64,000 bases of DNA. It comes from Macrostomum lignano (taxonomy: Eukaryota). A program made the position numbers and the translations under genes. Where the stretch lies: contig NIVC01001456.1 of assembly GCA_002269645.1 (NCBI GenBank), positions 62,001 through 126,000 on the forward strand, written 5' to 3'. Below the pieces are notes generated by a model that was not told where the DNA came from, did not search any database, and saw nothing but the letters and a program-made list of their open reading frames with translations. This document shows, one piece after another, positions 11,440 through 23,075 of the stretch (positions are counted from its first letter, which is position 1; every line of letters begins with the position of its first letter).

Positions 11440-12500
11440 TTTCAATCTGTGTTTCTGTGATCTGTGATTCTGTGATTTGTGATTCTGTGATTCTGTGATT
11501 CTGTGATTCTCTGATGTGATTCTGTGATTTGTGATTCTCTGATGTGATTCTGTGATCTGTGATTCTGTGATTTGTGATTCTGTGATTCTGTGATTCTGTG
11601 ATTCTCTGATGTGATTCTGTGATTCTGTGATTCTCTGATGTGATTCTGTGATTTGTGATTCTGTGATTCTGTGATTTGTGATTCTGTGATTCTGTGATTC
11701 TGTGATTCTCTGATGTGATTCTGTGATCTGTGATTCTGTGATTCTGTGATTCTGTGATTTGTGATTCTGTGATTTGTGATTCTGTGATTCTGTGATTCTG
11801 TGATTTGTGATTCTGTGATTCTGTGATTTGTGATTCTGTGATTTGTGATTCTGTGATTCTGTGATTCTGTGATTCTGTGATTCTGTGATTCTCTGATGTG
11901 ATTATGTGATCTGTGATTATGTGATCTGTGATTTTGTGATTCTGTGATTCTGTGATTCTGTGATTCTGTGATTCTGTGATTCTGTGATTCTGTGATTCTG
12001 TGATTCTCTGATGTGATTATGTGATCTGTGATTCTGTGATTCTGTGATTCTGTGATTCTGTGATTCTGTGATTCTCTGATGTGATTCTGTGATCTGTGAT
12101 TATGTGATCTGTGATTTTGTGATTCTGTGATTCTGTGATTCTGTGATTCTGTGATCTGTGATTCTGTGATTCTGTGATCTGTGATTCTGTGATTCTGTGA
12201 GTCTGTGAGTCTGTGATCTGTGATTCTGTGATTCTGTGATTTGTGATTCTGTGATTTGTGATTCTGTGATCTGTGATTCTATGATTCTGTGATTCTGTGA
12301 TTATGTGATTCTGTGAGTCTGTGATCTGTGATTTTGTGATTCTGTGATCTGTGATTCTGTGAGTCTGTGATTTGTGATTTTGTGATTCTGTGATCTGTGA
12401 TTCTGTGATTCTGTGATCTGTGATTCTGTGATTCTGTTATCTGTGATTCTGTGATTCTGTGATTCTGTGATTTTGTGATTCTGTGATCCGTGATTTGTTA
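11440..12500. repeat. Degenerate 8-mer satellite (TGATTCTG)n, ~1.05 kb
   Basis: Read directly from the sequence. Confidence 0.97.
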
Positions 12501-13299
12501 TTCTTGCTCAGTTTGGATTATGGATTTCTGAGGATCTTCATGCAGGCATATTTTGCCGGCTAAGTTGTTTCAAAAAGTCTGAGAGAGCCTCTATAGCCAT
12601 GTTTGGGCAACTTGGCTGAAAGTATAACCAGATATACAGGTAAAAAGTGCCAACAGACGCCTCCGAGTTTATTCAGAGTTCACACGGAGTTCAGCGGTAC
12701 TTTTGCGTAGCTGCCAGCTCAGTGCACTGGACTGCAATTTCACCAGGCCGAAACTTCACATTGCCGAAATGGCTTGCACGCTCTTTCATAAGTATCGTAG
12801 CTATACTTCGGCAATGTGAAGTTTCGGCCTAGTGAAAGCGCTCCGTTTTTCTGACGTACTGTGACAGCGCATTTTGTTGCCATGCTGCGTGTTGCAGCTT
12901 GAAATACAGAAACAGCGAGTTGGCACAGGCTCGATTCTTAAATCTAAAAGACCTGGCGTTGTCGCAGTTAATAACAGCTCAGAACTCGCCTCTATTGAAG
13001 AAATTGTTGTGCATATTTTTCTAATTCCAAATTCAAGTGCACTTTATTGTACCTGCGCTAATAAAGTGTGTGGTGAGGATGTCAAGATATTTTTCGTGCA
13101 TTATCTCCAGGATATTCAAATAAGACTTTGTGAAAAGCACCCGGGGCCAGCAAATTTCTCAGTTTAGCCAATAAGAATGCTGAGGAGTCCAGACTGATTA
13201 AAATGCATAAATACGCCGGCTCAAAAGGCAGAAATAGCTGATAGAGAAATTCTATCGACTTGCTCAACTCAACAATCTCTTCAACGGCAAGCAGCAGCA

Positions 13300-14090
13300 A
13301 TGGCCGCCCTAGCGCACATGCAGCAGCGCCAGCTGCAGGTTGAGAAAACTGGCAGCCGAACGACCGTCCCCAACCACAGCGTTGGCCGGCTCATGTACTA
13401 CCTGAAGTGCATGACGGACGTGCTTGGTGACTGCATTCCGGCACACCTGACCAACTATTCCAATTGCTACGGGCTGAGCTACTCGGACAGGCAGGTGGTC
13501 ATCGAGATTGCCAAGGAGTACCCGCCCAGCAAGATGTGAGATTTACTGGCTTTGTATTGAGGTGTTCAGCTGCTTCCCGCATGTCTTCCTGCAACATCCG
13601 CGTTGTCAAGTATCCCCATTTTTACCTGTTACATCCGCGTCATCAAGTATCCCTATATTTACCGGCAACCTGCAACCACCCACAGACCGCTCTTCATTCC
13701 TGTTGATGACGCTGGTGACAGCAGCAACGACTTCCTGACGTTCAGCTCCCTGGAGGAAACGATCACAGCGCTGGGCATCCAGGGCGACGGAGAAGCGATG
13801 ATGGCACTGAGACGCCAGGTGTCTAACCAGCACCTGTTCAAGGTGATGGTCTACGAGGATGCCTGGGCTCGCAACAACTATTACGGACCGCTGAGGGACA
13901 TTCAGCGGGAGGAGGAGCAGAGGCGATACCGGCAGCTGCAGGCCGCTCCCTCGTACGGCAGCCGGAAAAAGTGCGTGAGCTCTAGCGTTGAAAAATGCTG
14001 GACTTCCTATTCACCGCTTAGACCAGAGCAATTAAATTCTTAAGTACCTTACTTTACGCTTTTAGAAGTTCCACCTGTGTCCTGCTGTGA
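13300..14090 (+). CDS. CaaX-family paralogue 4, 3 exons, 181 aa, ends GSRKKSSTCVLL*
   Basis: Exons 13300-13535, 13686-13970 and 14066-14090. Phase-2 GT-AG introns give a 546-nt open frame to TGA. Confidence 0.87.
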
Positions 14091-15766
14091 GCTCGCCAAC
14101 TCTGCCAGCAAGAAGTGACGGATCTGGGTGTTACATCGACAAATTATAATAGATTTCGAGTAACGCGTTAAAATAATTAACAAACGAAATAACAAACTCT
14201 CTATTGCTCACTTCTACAAGGATCACACTTAAATATTCATTGCAGCGCGTCTTTAAATAGCTTTACTTTGATTGGAAATGTTTATTGCTTTTTAGAAATT
14301 CCTTCTTCACCTCGTGCTTTGTACTTTAATACCTCATTTTCATTGGCATTTGAGAGAGTTCATATCATTCCTAAAGAACTTTTTTGTATTAAACTTGTAC
14401 CAGATTAATTTTTAGATAACATTTACATTTTTTGCATAAATTTTTGTAGCTATGTACAATAGTATGTATTGTGTGGCTAACGGTGCTCGTTTCAAAGTTG
14501 TTTACGTCACATATCGGTGGCTTAAGGCTAAGTTTTCGGAGTCTGAAATGCGAGTAATTGCATAGAGCGATAAAAAATTGAATTCCATTTTCTTTCTGAG
14601 CTTTCGTGTTATTAAATGTCTTGGGCAGTTGAGGACAGCCTTTCCGCTTTATGTTTTTTTGCTATAAGGACATGAATTTATTTTTGCTTAAAAAATAATG
14701 TTTCAACCTGATGGCTTTGGATTAATCTGAGTCTATGCGATACTTCGAACAATTAATTAAACTCTCTATGCAGGAGGGGTTGTTTGTTACGAGCTATTTT
14801 TCTCCTTTACTGCAGGTGTAGGCAAGAGTCAGATAGGTAAGAAGCATTTGCAAAGTCTAAAGAGATGAAAGAAAAGAGATCAATGTTTCTGCTGGGTTCT
14901 GTTGCACCGAGATAGAAAGCTCGCAACCCCCAACTTCATGCAAAAGTTGTGGCAATAATATTTTGAATTCGGAATACAGGGCGATAAACATACGTAATTT
15001 CAAAGTGATTATCAACGAATTGAAGGCGCTTTTCAAGGATTTGAGGGTGATTATCAAGGAATCGAACGCAATCGAAAATTAGTTGTCCAACAAAATTTTA
15101 TCGCAAATCCAAATGGCCAATAACATCCATTATGGTTGTATAAAACCTCTTTGTAACTTTGGTAAAAATGAGCAAATCTCTTTGCGCACTCTCATTTTCT
15201 GATATTTTTGATTAGAAGATTAAACAAAGAAAAAAATATCTTGATACCATTGAAGCAACTGTCACACTCGAAGCCTAAGGTGTAGAATATTATCACAATT
15301 TGTAATAAATAAACAGTTTATTATATCATCTACAGAGTTGGAAGGATTACAGAACTCAAACAGGATTGCCTGCAATCAAGTTAAAAAATGTTTTTTAAGT
15401 GTATCGTTGCTGATTAAACTACTTATAGTATTATTGAGCAAAATTGTTATGGAATGTTTAGAATTCGCAAGATAAAAAGGTTAAATTTTGACACACGCAC
15501 TGTTGGAAGGGCAGTATAAAGTATAATAAAACTGTTGGTAATGGCTCCAAAATATTCAGTATCTGGTATTTGATATTTATACCACTTTTACAATTAAAAA
15601 ATCTATATAGATATATAGAATTGTTTTTGTAAACAAAGCATACGAAGCTTTCATAAATGTGGGAACTCTTTAGAACACAACCTGAAATGTGGAAGACAGA
15701 AACGTCGGATTGTTATACCGAAGCAAAAAGCTGATCAACATTTGTACTTTTAGTTGTAGTTGTACA

Positions 15767-18700
15767 TCAGGCATCGCCGATCAGGGCCAGAAGAATCTTG
15801 CGATAATCGCCGCTGGTGTCGTCCTTGATCCATTCGGCCAGGCTCTGCCCGAACTCCTTCTGGAAGGCGGTCTTGATCTGCACCATGTCCACCTCGCAGC
15901 GGCTGATCACGATGCGAAGCAGCGTCTTGTCGTTGGTGCCTGGAGACGAATAGAGGGCGTTGAATAGAGGATGTGCAACCGACAGCTCAGCCGCAGCTAT
16001 TGCGCGGCGCATCTGAAGGCTGCTGCGTACGGCTGTTCAGTCCAAGGGCTGGAGGGTCGTCACACACACCCTCAATTACCCCAGCTAATGCTGGCACCCA
16101 TTTTACCGCTGGGTGTTGAAGCAGTGAAGAGTTAAGTGTCTTGCTCAAGGACACAAATTGTTCCAGCGGGATCGGGGATCGAACCCCTGACCCCGTTCAG
16201 TCGTGAGTTCAACGCTCTAACCACTACGCTACAACCCTATCAAGCCCATTCAGGAATCCAGAGTGTCTCACTCGCTGACTGCGGATCGGTTGTCGCCTTG
16301 AATAGTTACAACATTAGGACAGATATTTTTGCCATCAACCCCTCCCTTTCACTTAAAGTGACACTTTAAATATAGAAAGTCTGAAAACCTCAAAGTTTTT
16401 TTACACAATGCTCAATTTCTTGAAAAATTTTCCTACATTGCTTGTCATGCTCGTTCTCCTTTTCTCTCTGATTGAGCATGATTGAGTCACTTACCCAAGC
16501 CCTTCATCGCCTTCTGCAGCGACTTAGCAAAGTAGGCCGGCTTGTTCTGAATGCAGCGGACCAGAGTCAGCATGGCGCGGAGCAGGTCGCCAGACATCTC
16601 CGCCTTCAAGGAGTCCTCGAGCGTCTTGCCGGTAAGCTTCTCGTATTCGGCAAACAGGGCGCGCAGGTGGGCGTTGTTGTTGCCGCAGAGGATCTCGTTG
16701 AACTTGCTCTCGTCCGTGCCCCACTTGCCGACGCCGGCCTCCTGCAGGGCCTGGGCGTCCTTCTTCACCTGCTCCGGATCGTAGGAGCTGCCCTCCGGCC
16801 GGGCGCCGGTGAGCAGAGACACCAGAATGCGCTTGAAGTGGCCGGATGTGTCCGACATAACGTCGTCCTCAAGTTCGCGATTGTAAGCTGAGTTTGGTGT
16901 GCGGTATTGGAGTGGAAGAGTTTTATTTTTTTTTTATTAGAGGCAGGGGGGTTGTGTGCACCCTGGCGCACTTTAAGCGACATAGGCACACAACCGGCGA
17001 GAGGCATTACTGCCCATTCCGCCGACTCCCCTGAGCAGGCATACAAGCGCGCGGATACGTACGCAGGCACACACTCAAACAGGAGTGTACAGCGGCCCTA
17101 ACTTTATATTATCGTTAGGCATGTACACTTCACTGCGCCTTGGGCGGTTGGCTCTCAAGGCCGTTAATTGCACGAGCAGAGCCAAGCCGAGATTCCAATT
17201 CAGCCCCAAATTAATGTGACTGCACTTGGAATCGAGCCTGGGTCGCTGGCACACCAGAGCAGCTGCGCTACCGCTGGGCTACGGCCCCCTTTGAGTCGAA
17301 GAGTTAGAGAGTTCATGACTCATTGGGATGGCATTGTTTTTAGTTTTTTTTAAGTGCGTGGTGTGTTTTGCCTTTCAGGGTCAGAGGGTGAGCTTTGTGA
17401 GCAAATAGTTGCTGTGTCCATAGTACGTAGTGTATTGTGCCCTTCAGGAGTCAGAGAGCTTTTCTGAACAAATCGTTCGGTTCCAGTAGATTAACTATCC
17501 ATCTGGAATGCTTATTTTGGCCCAGGGCATACAATATGAATCTGATCACTGAAAGCCGAGCAAACTCACTGGCTTTGTAGATTTTCTTGATCTCCTCGAT
17601 CTGGGCCTGCGTCCTGGTGCAGATGATCTCAATCAGGCAGTCCTCGTCCGTGCCCAGGCCCTTCACCGCCTCGCGAAGCTCTTTAGCGTCGTACTCGGCC
17701 GGTCCCAGGCACAGATTCTGGCAGATCTTGTTGAAATTGCCGCTCAGCTCGCTGTCCAACTCGCGTTTGAGATCTTTGCCGTATTTCATCTTGAAGGTGC
17801 GCACAATTTCCATACGCTGGGTGACGGTCCGATGGCCGAGCACGTTGATGATGCTCTCCTCGTTGGTGCCCAAACCTTTCATCGCCTTGCGCAGCTGCTC
17901 CGCATCGGCCGCGGCGCTGAAGTTCGGATACGGCTTCAGCGTGCCCTCCTGGACGTACTCCTCCTGCAAGAAGAAGGCCTCCCCGGCCGGCTCTGGTGGC
18001 TTTTCCTCCTTCAGCACAATGGCGTCCGCCTTCTCGTGGTCGGTCTTTTTCACCTGTAGAAAGTGCAATTTTGCAATTTTTGCAATACGTTCTGCTGCAG
18101 ACACCGATGACTAAAAGAACACACAGATCTAGTTATTCGCACCTCAGTCTCCATTTTGTGACTTGGCGGCGGTGGCGGCTTCTCCGCCTTCTTGGGCGGC
18201 GGCGGCGGGGGCGGCGGCGCAGGGTCCCTGCTGGCACTCTTTGAGGGAGGCATGAACGGCTTCGGTTTTGGATCCGAGCTCCGCTTGTTGATTGACTTTG
18301 GCGCGTGCAGCGGCTTCTTGTGCCCCGGCTTTGCGATGTGGATGGTCAGTAGGAATGAGTCGTCTGACTCGTCAAGTTCAGCTGACAGCACCTGCATCGG
18401 CAATGTGGAAAACTTCAAGCTTCTCATCGGCTTTAGAGTGACAGGCTCGGCGCGAGCAGGATAAAATTCTTAGAAATGAAGACCAATTTGATTATTTCAC
18501 GAGTAAGCTTACCTTGCCAAATTTCTGGTCCTCAATGGCAGCTTGAAATCCTCCATCTTTCCGCGCGAACTGCAGCAAGTGCGCGTAGACGTGCTGCAGC
18601 TGAGTTTTGAAGTCGCCGTCGCCCTTGCTGACGGGCAGGCAGGGCGGATCGGCGACGATCTTCTCAACCTTCTCAGTCTTCTTGGACTCTTCCACTAGGC

Positions 18701-20362
18701 GCCGGATGTCGTCCAGGGTGCTCTTGCGAGTCTCGTCCATGCGCTGCGACAGCTGTTGAGTCAGCTGGTTCAGCTGCTGCGGAGTCACGCCCTGTGGTGT
18801 GTTTTTTCGCAAATAGTAAGAAAATGTTGTGCCAGCACCAACTTTAAGTAGGTTTTCAAGTATGAGCCCCCCGATGTCCCTGACATTTTCACTCTGCAGT
18901 GTCCTCCCTCCCGTCCCGGCAGCATTCTAATCCAGCCACTCGTACGCTTGTAGCAAGCTTGGTGGCAGCGGGTCACTGCTGGCGTGAGCGCGTCAACTTT
19001 TACCATATTAGGGCCAATTTTTTCCTACGATTAGAAAACGTAACGCCTAAAGATGAGACAGTTTTTAGCGCACAGATTTCGCAGACCTGCCTTTTGCTCG
19101 TATGGGAAAAATTTTAAAGAAAAGGTCTGAAATTTTCGTGTTAGGAAGACACTTGGTGGCAATGAGAATGAACTTCAACCGTATCTTAGAGTTATCCAAA
19201 AGGTTTTAGCAACAATCTAAATTAGCAACTAGCGATCGTTGACGATATTTATAGATAAAGGCACTTGTTTTAGCAGGTAAAAATGCCTAAAATCGAAGCA
19301 TGACAAATTTTTGAGCAGCACGTTGAATGGAGCACGCATTACCTGCAGCGAAGGATCTGGCAAAGCGGGCACGGCGCTGGGCGGCTGGCCTGGGAAGCCG
19401 CCGCGGAAGTTCACATCGTTTGGGGTGCGCACCTCCCAGCCGAGGCCCCCGGTGGGACCGCCCGCTGCGCCGCCTCCGTACAGGTTGATCTGCGTGCCGG
19501 AGTGATTGACAGCTGAAAAGCCCTGGTCAGGCACCGACGAAGCTGAGAGATCGTCAGCCGGGTCTGTCCTTTCCCAGGCTTCGTACGGACCGCTGGCAGC
19601 TGCGGCAGCCGCCGAGGCACCGCCAGCACCGGAGCGGCGCAGGCGATCGCGGGAGTTGCTGCGTCCGCCGCCGCGGTTGCGCCGTCGCGTCCGAAGGCCG
19701 TCTTCGACGTCGCTGTCCCAGCTGGAAAGTTCGACGGGATTTCGAGGATATGAGGGTTAGGGTGTGTGCACCTGTATATATATATGTTCTCAGATGTATG
19801 TTCTATATGTTCTCATATATATATGTTCTCAGAGAAACGACCAATGCACTCTACCCATACTTCAGCAGCTACAACAGCACTGATCGCTCACCCATTAATA
19901 TCGGAGTTGCTGACGCTGCTCTGATCAAGGCAGTCGTCGATCTCGTTCCAACTGTGCACATCCTCGCAGTGATAGGTTCGTGAAGTGACAAAACTCTGCT
20001 GCTTGGTGACACGGTGCATGGCAACCGATTTGACAACGCGTTTGCCCGGCTTCAGGCAGAAAGGAGCTCGGTACTGGAATGTGACCTCGCGACCGTTCAA
20101 AAATCGCTTGTTGGGATCCGGTCGCGTGCCGTCGGTTGTGAAGAAAATGTTGCAGTTGTTGCTCTCTGAAACGTGCAACGGGTGTTTTCTAGATACACTT
20201 CACACAATTTAACTGATTAAATGAAACAAAAATCAAAATCAGTAACGCACCGGTGGACATTTCAATGTAGGTTGAGGTGTCGATGCAGGTGCTGGGCTTG
20301 CCATTAACGTGGCTCCTCAGCGGCGTGACGACTGGGGCGGCAATTCCGCCTGCGGACGGCAT
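15767..20362 (-). CDS. Annexin (4 repeats) with a ~470-aa N-terminal extension starting with a DZANK1-like Fn3-associated domain; ~780 aa
   Basis: Phase-consistent exons 20362-20251, 20165-19892, 19721-19343, 18791-18513, 18391-18143, 18053-17570, 16887-16495 and 15939-15767 (2343 nt). Four annexin repeats with GxGT loops (GLGTNE, GLGTDE, KWGTDE, GLGTND). An alternative in-frame acceptor at 18430 is possible. Confidence 0.9.
15971..16240 (-). mobile_element. SINE family 1 (CORE-like) copy in the last annexin intron
   Basis: Reverse complement of 4536-4815. It ends ~30 bp upstream of the splice acceptor. Confidence 0.85.
16921..17289 (-). mobile_element. SINE family 2, full-length copy with tRNA-like head and A-rich tail
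   Basis: Minus-strand head GGGGCCGTAGCCCAGCGGTAGCGC...GGCTCGATTCC (A and B boxes). The 3' ~90 nt resemble the LINE 3' UTR at 8283-8372. Ends in TAATAAAAAAAAAATAAAA. Confidence 0.8.
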
Positions 20363-21356
20363 CTGAAATGTTAAATAATGGTCGGGATATTGAAGAAATA
20401 GGGCGTTCGTCCTGTATGGATATAAAATTATAGTGTTTAAAAATAAATTGTTACAAAACTACTGTTGACTTTGTATAAAATGTGCATCACAAAATTCATC
20501 ATAGCATACTTATTTACTTTGTCATAAAAGTCATATTAGATTTCAATTTAAGATGAGAGTTTACGCTTTGACAATTAAAAATACGATAGCTAGTAAACAG
20601 AATTCTTCAAGTACATTCAGTTCTATGAATACAATGTCTATATTTTAGCTATTGTTAATAATTTTGGCTTGAAGTAAATGATACTAAAAAATACGAAAAA
20701 GGAACCATAGACTAATTCCAAAGAGCTGTTATTTTACATAATTTGACATTTAAGAGTAGCTGTGAGGAAATTATGATGATTTTTATATAATAAACTTAAA
20801 GATTTTTTTAAATACAACCATTTAAACTTAAAGCGTAATATAAAACATAAAGTAAATATTTCTTAATTTAGACAAAGCTAGATGAGAAAGTTAGATAAAG
20901 CAAAATTTAATTGAAATATTATTTTAAAAATACGACCAAGCAACAAAAATTAAAGTTGAGTTAAATCGTTTAATCATAAAGTTTAAGATAGTTAGTTTCA
21001 AATAACCTGACATGACACTGTGAAATGCTACAAATAAAAACAGTAAAATACTTTAAATGAAGCGAAATAAAAAACAATGTCTATCTTTTATTGCATTAAT
21101 ATTTAAGGATTTTTTAAATTAGAATATAAAGTATTTGTTATTACATTAGCTATCGTAGATATTATGATAAGAAATTCAGAAACAAAAATGATACCGTACA
21201 CGCAAGTCAAATTCCCTGAACTACAAAAATACAATAATTTAATCTACAGTTAGTGTCGAAAATTTGTAATAAAACTTTAATATTGTGCTTTCAATCGGAA
21301 ACTTAAGCTGAAAGCATTTCGTAAGAATTCATTGCATAGAGTTTGTTTATATGCAT

Positions 21357-21370
21357 GTTGTCAAGACAAA
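21357..21370. promoter_or_regulatory. Candidate RFX X-box
   Basis: GTTGTCAAGACAAA matches 13/14 positions of RYYNYYWWRRNRAC and lies ~110 bp upstream of a ciliary gene. A short degenerate match like this could be chance. Confidence 0.3.
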
Positions 21371-21478
21371 GTACAAGACAATTTTAAAAAAATGAGTTAA
21401 CAAACATTTATAATCTATCATTATAGATAATTTTGAGTTTTCGAGTTTTCAAGACACTTCTGGTAGTGAATGCAATAA

Positions 21479-22108
21479 ATGGAACCTAGAACATCAAACT
21501 GGGACGTTTCAAAACGTTATAAAACAGACGTTCTGATCGGAAATTGGTTTGAAGAACGACTAGTGTACGATAGAAAGAACCATACGCATCCATCGAGCTA
21601 CAGCATCGACTTTCAACAAAGGGGATACCAGCAGCCAGATGTTGTGCTTCGAAGGAACGGCTGGATTCGCTCTAACGGAGTAGGTAAGGAAATACTGCTA
21701 GCCCATCACGGCGATGCCTACAAGAAAAACTGGATCACTTGGTACGACGAGGACTTCAACGGCCGAGGCTTGCCTAGGAACCCCCCGCAGCGCGACTGGC
21801 ACTCAGGCAACATGGCCTGGAGCCCGGAGCGCTCAGACTTCCCCGTCCAGGGCAGCCCGACCAACTGGGGCTTGAAGGAAAGGCTAGACAAGCGATGGAA
21901 TACCAGTCTACAAGAGCGCTCGACCACGTCAAAGAATGACTTCAGTACTACGTACAACGCGTCATATCTGAAGCCGAGAACGGAGGACTTGCTGGCTGCA
22001 CGACAGCCGAGCTTCCTGCCACCAATCAGCGGGAGGATGCCGGCAAACACCGGCAGTCAGGACAAGTTCGAGGAGCCGGCCCAGAAGCTGTCAGTCGTGG
22101 CCACCTAG
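21479..22108 (+). CDS. CFAP107: Cilia- and flagella-associated protein 107 (C1orf158) homologue, intronless, 209 aa
   Basis: Motifs W...Y...VLIGNWFEER, LLAHH, YDEDFN, PPQRDW..WSPERSDFP..PTNWGL follow the order I recall for human C1orf158. Confidence 0.85.
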   Translation: MEPRTSNWDVSKRYKTDVLIGNWFEERLVYDRKNHTHPSSYSIDFQQRGYQQPDVVLRRNGWIRSNGVGKEILLAHHGDAYKKNWITWYDEDFNGRGLPRNPPQRDWHSGNMAWSPERSDFPVQGSPTNWGLKERLDKRWNTSLQERSTTSKNDFSTTYNASYLKPRTEDLLAARQPSFLPPISGRMPANTGSQDKFEEPAQKLSVVAT

Positions 22109-22479
22109 ACAGCCGCGGTTCTTATACGTTAGCTTGTACCAATACCGAACAATCAGCAGACCTTTGCTATTTGGCCTACTCTTTTTGACAGACTTTTCGC
22201 AAATGGATATCGAATTTCTGAACGGCAACAAACAGAAAAATACATCTTATTTTCACTATTGAACTCTGGCCAAGTACTGCGTGCGAATCAAATTCAGTCC
22301 TTTATGTATAGTAGATGGCTAAGTGTGAAACGTCACTTCCAGGACCTAGTGCATGTATACGCCTCAACATGAGAACTTGACACTCGTAACAGTTTGTGCG
22401 GCACAGTTAGCAAATATAAATTCAAAAGCTCACTCATGCTGCCTTCCTACGCTCGTTTTTTCTTGAAGCACTTGAAGCA

Positions 22480-23075
22480 GTGATGGATGGATGAAGCAGT
22501 GATGGATGGATGAAGCAGTGATGGATGGATGAAGCTCTGATATGGATGGATGAAGCACTGATATGGATAGATGAAGCTCTGATATGGATGGATGAAGCAC
22601 TGATATGGATGGATGAAGCACTGATATGGATGGATGAAGCTCTGATATGGATGGATGAAGCACTGATATGGATGAATGAAGCACTGATATGGATAGATGA
22701 AGCTCTGATATGGATGGATGAAGCACTGATATGGATGGATGAAGCACTGATATGGATAGATGAGGCACTGATATGGATGGATGAAGCTCTGATATGGATG
22801 GATGAAGCACTGATATGGATGGATGAAGCACTGATATGAATGGATGAAGCACTGAAATGGATGGATGAAGCACTGATATGGATGGATGAAGCACTGATAT
22901 GGATGGATGAAGCATTTATATCGATGGATGAAGCATTGATATGGATGGATGGATGAAGCAGTGAAATGGATGGATGAAGCAGTGAAATGGATGGATGAAG
23001 CATTTATATGGATGGATGAAGCAGTGATATGGATTGATGAAGCAGTGATATGGATGGATGGATGAAGCAGTGATC
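22480..23075. repeat. 21-bp minisatellite (GATATGGATGGATGAAGCACT)n
   Basis: Read directly; source of the WMDEALI, LHPSISV and ASSIHIS ORFs. Confidence 0.95.
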
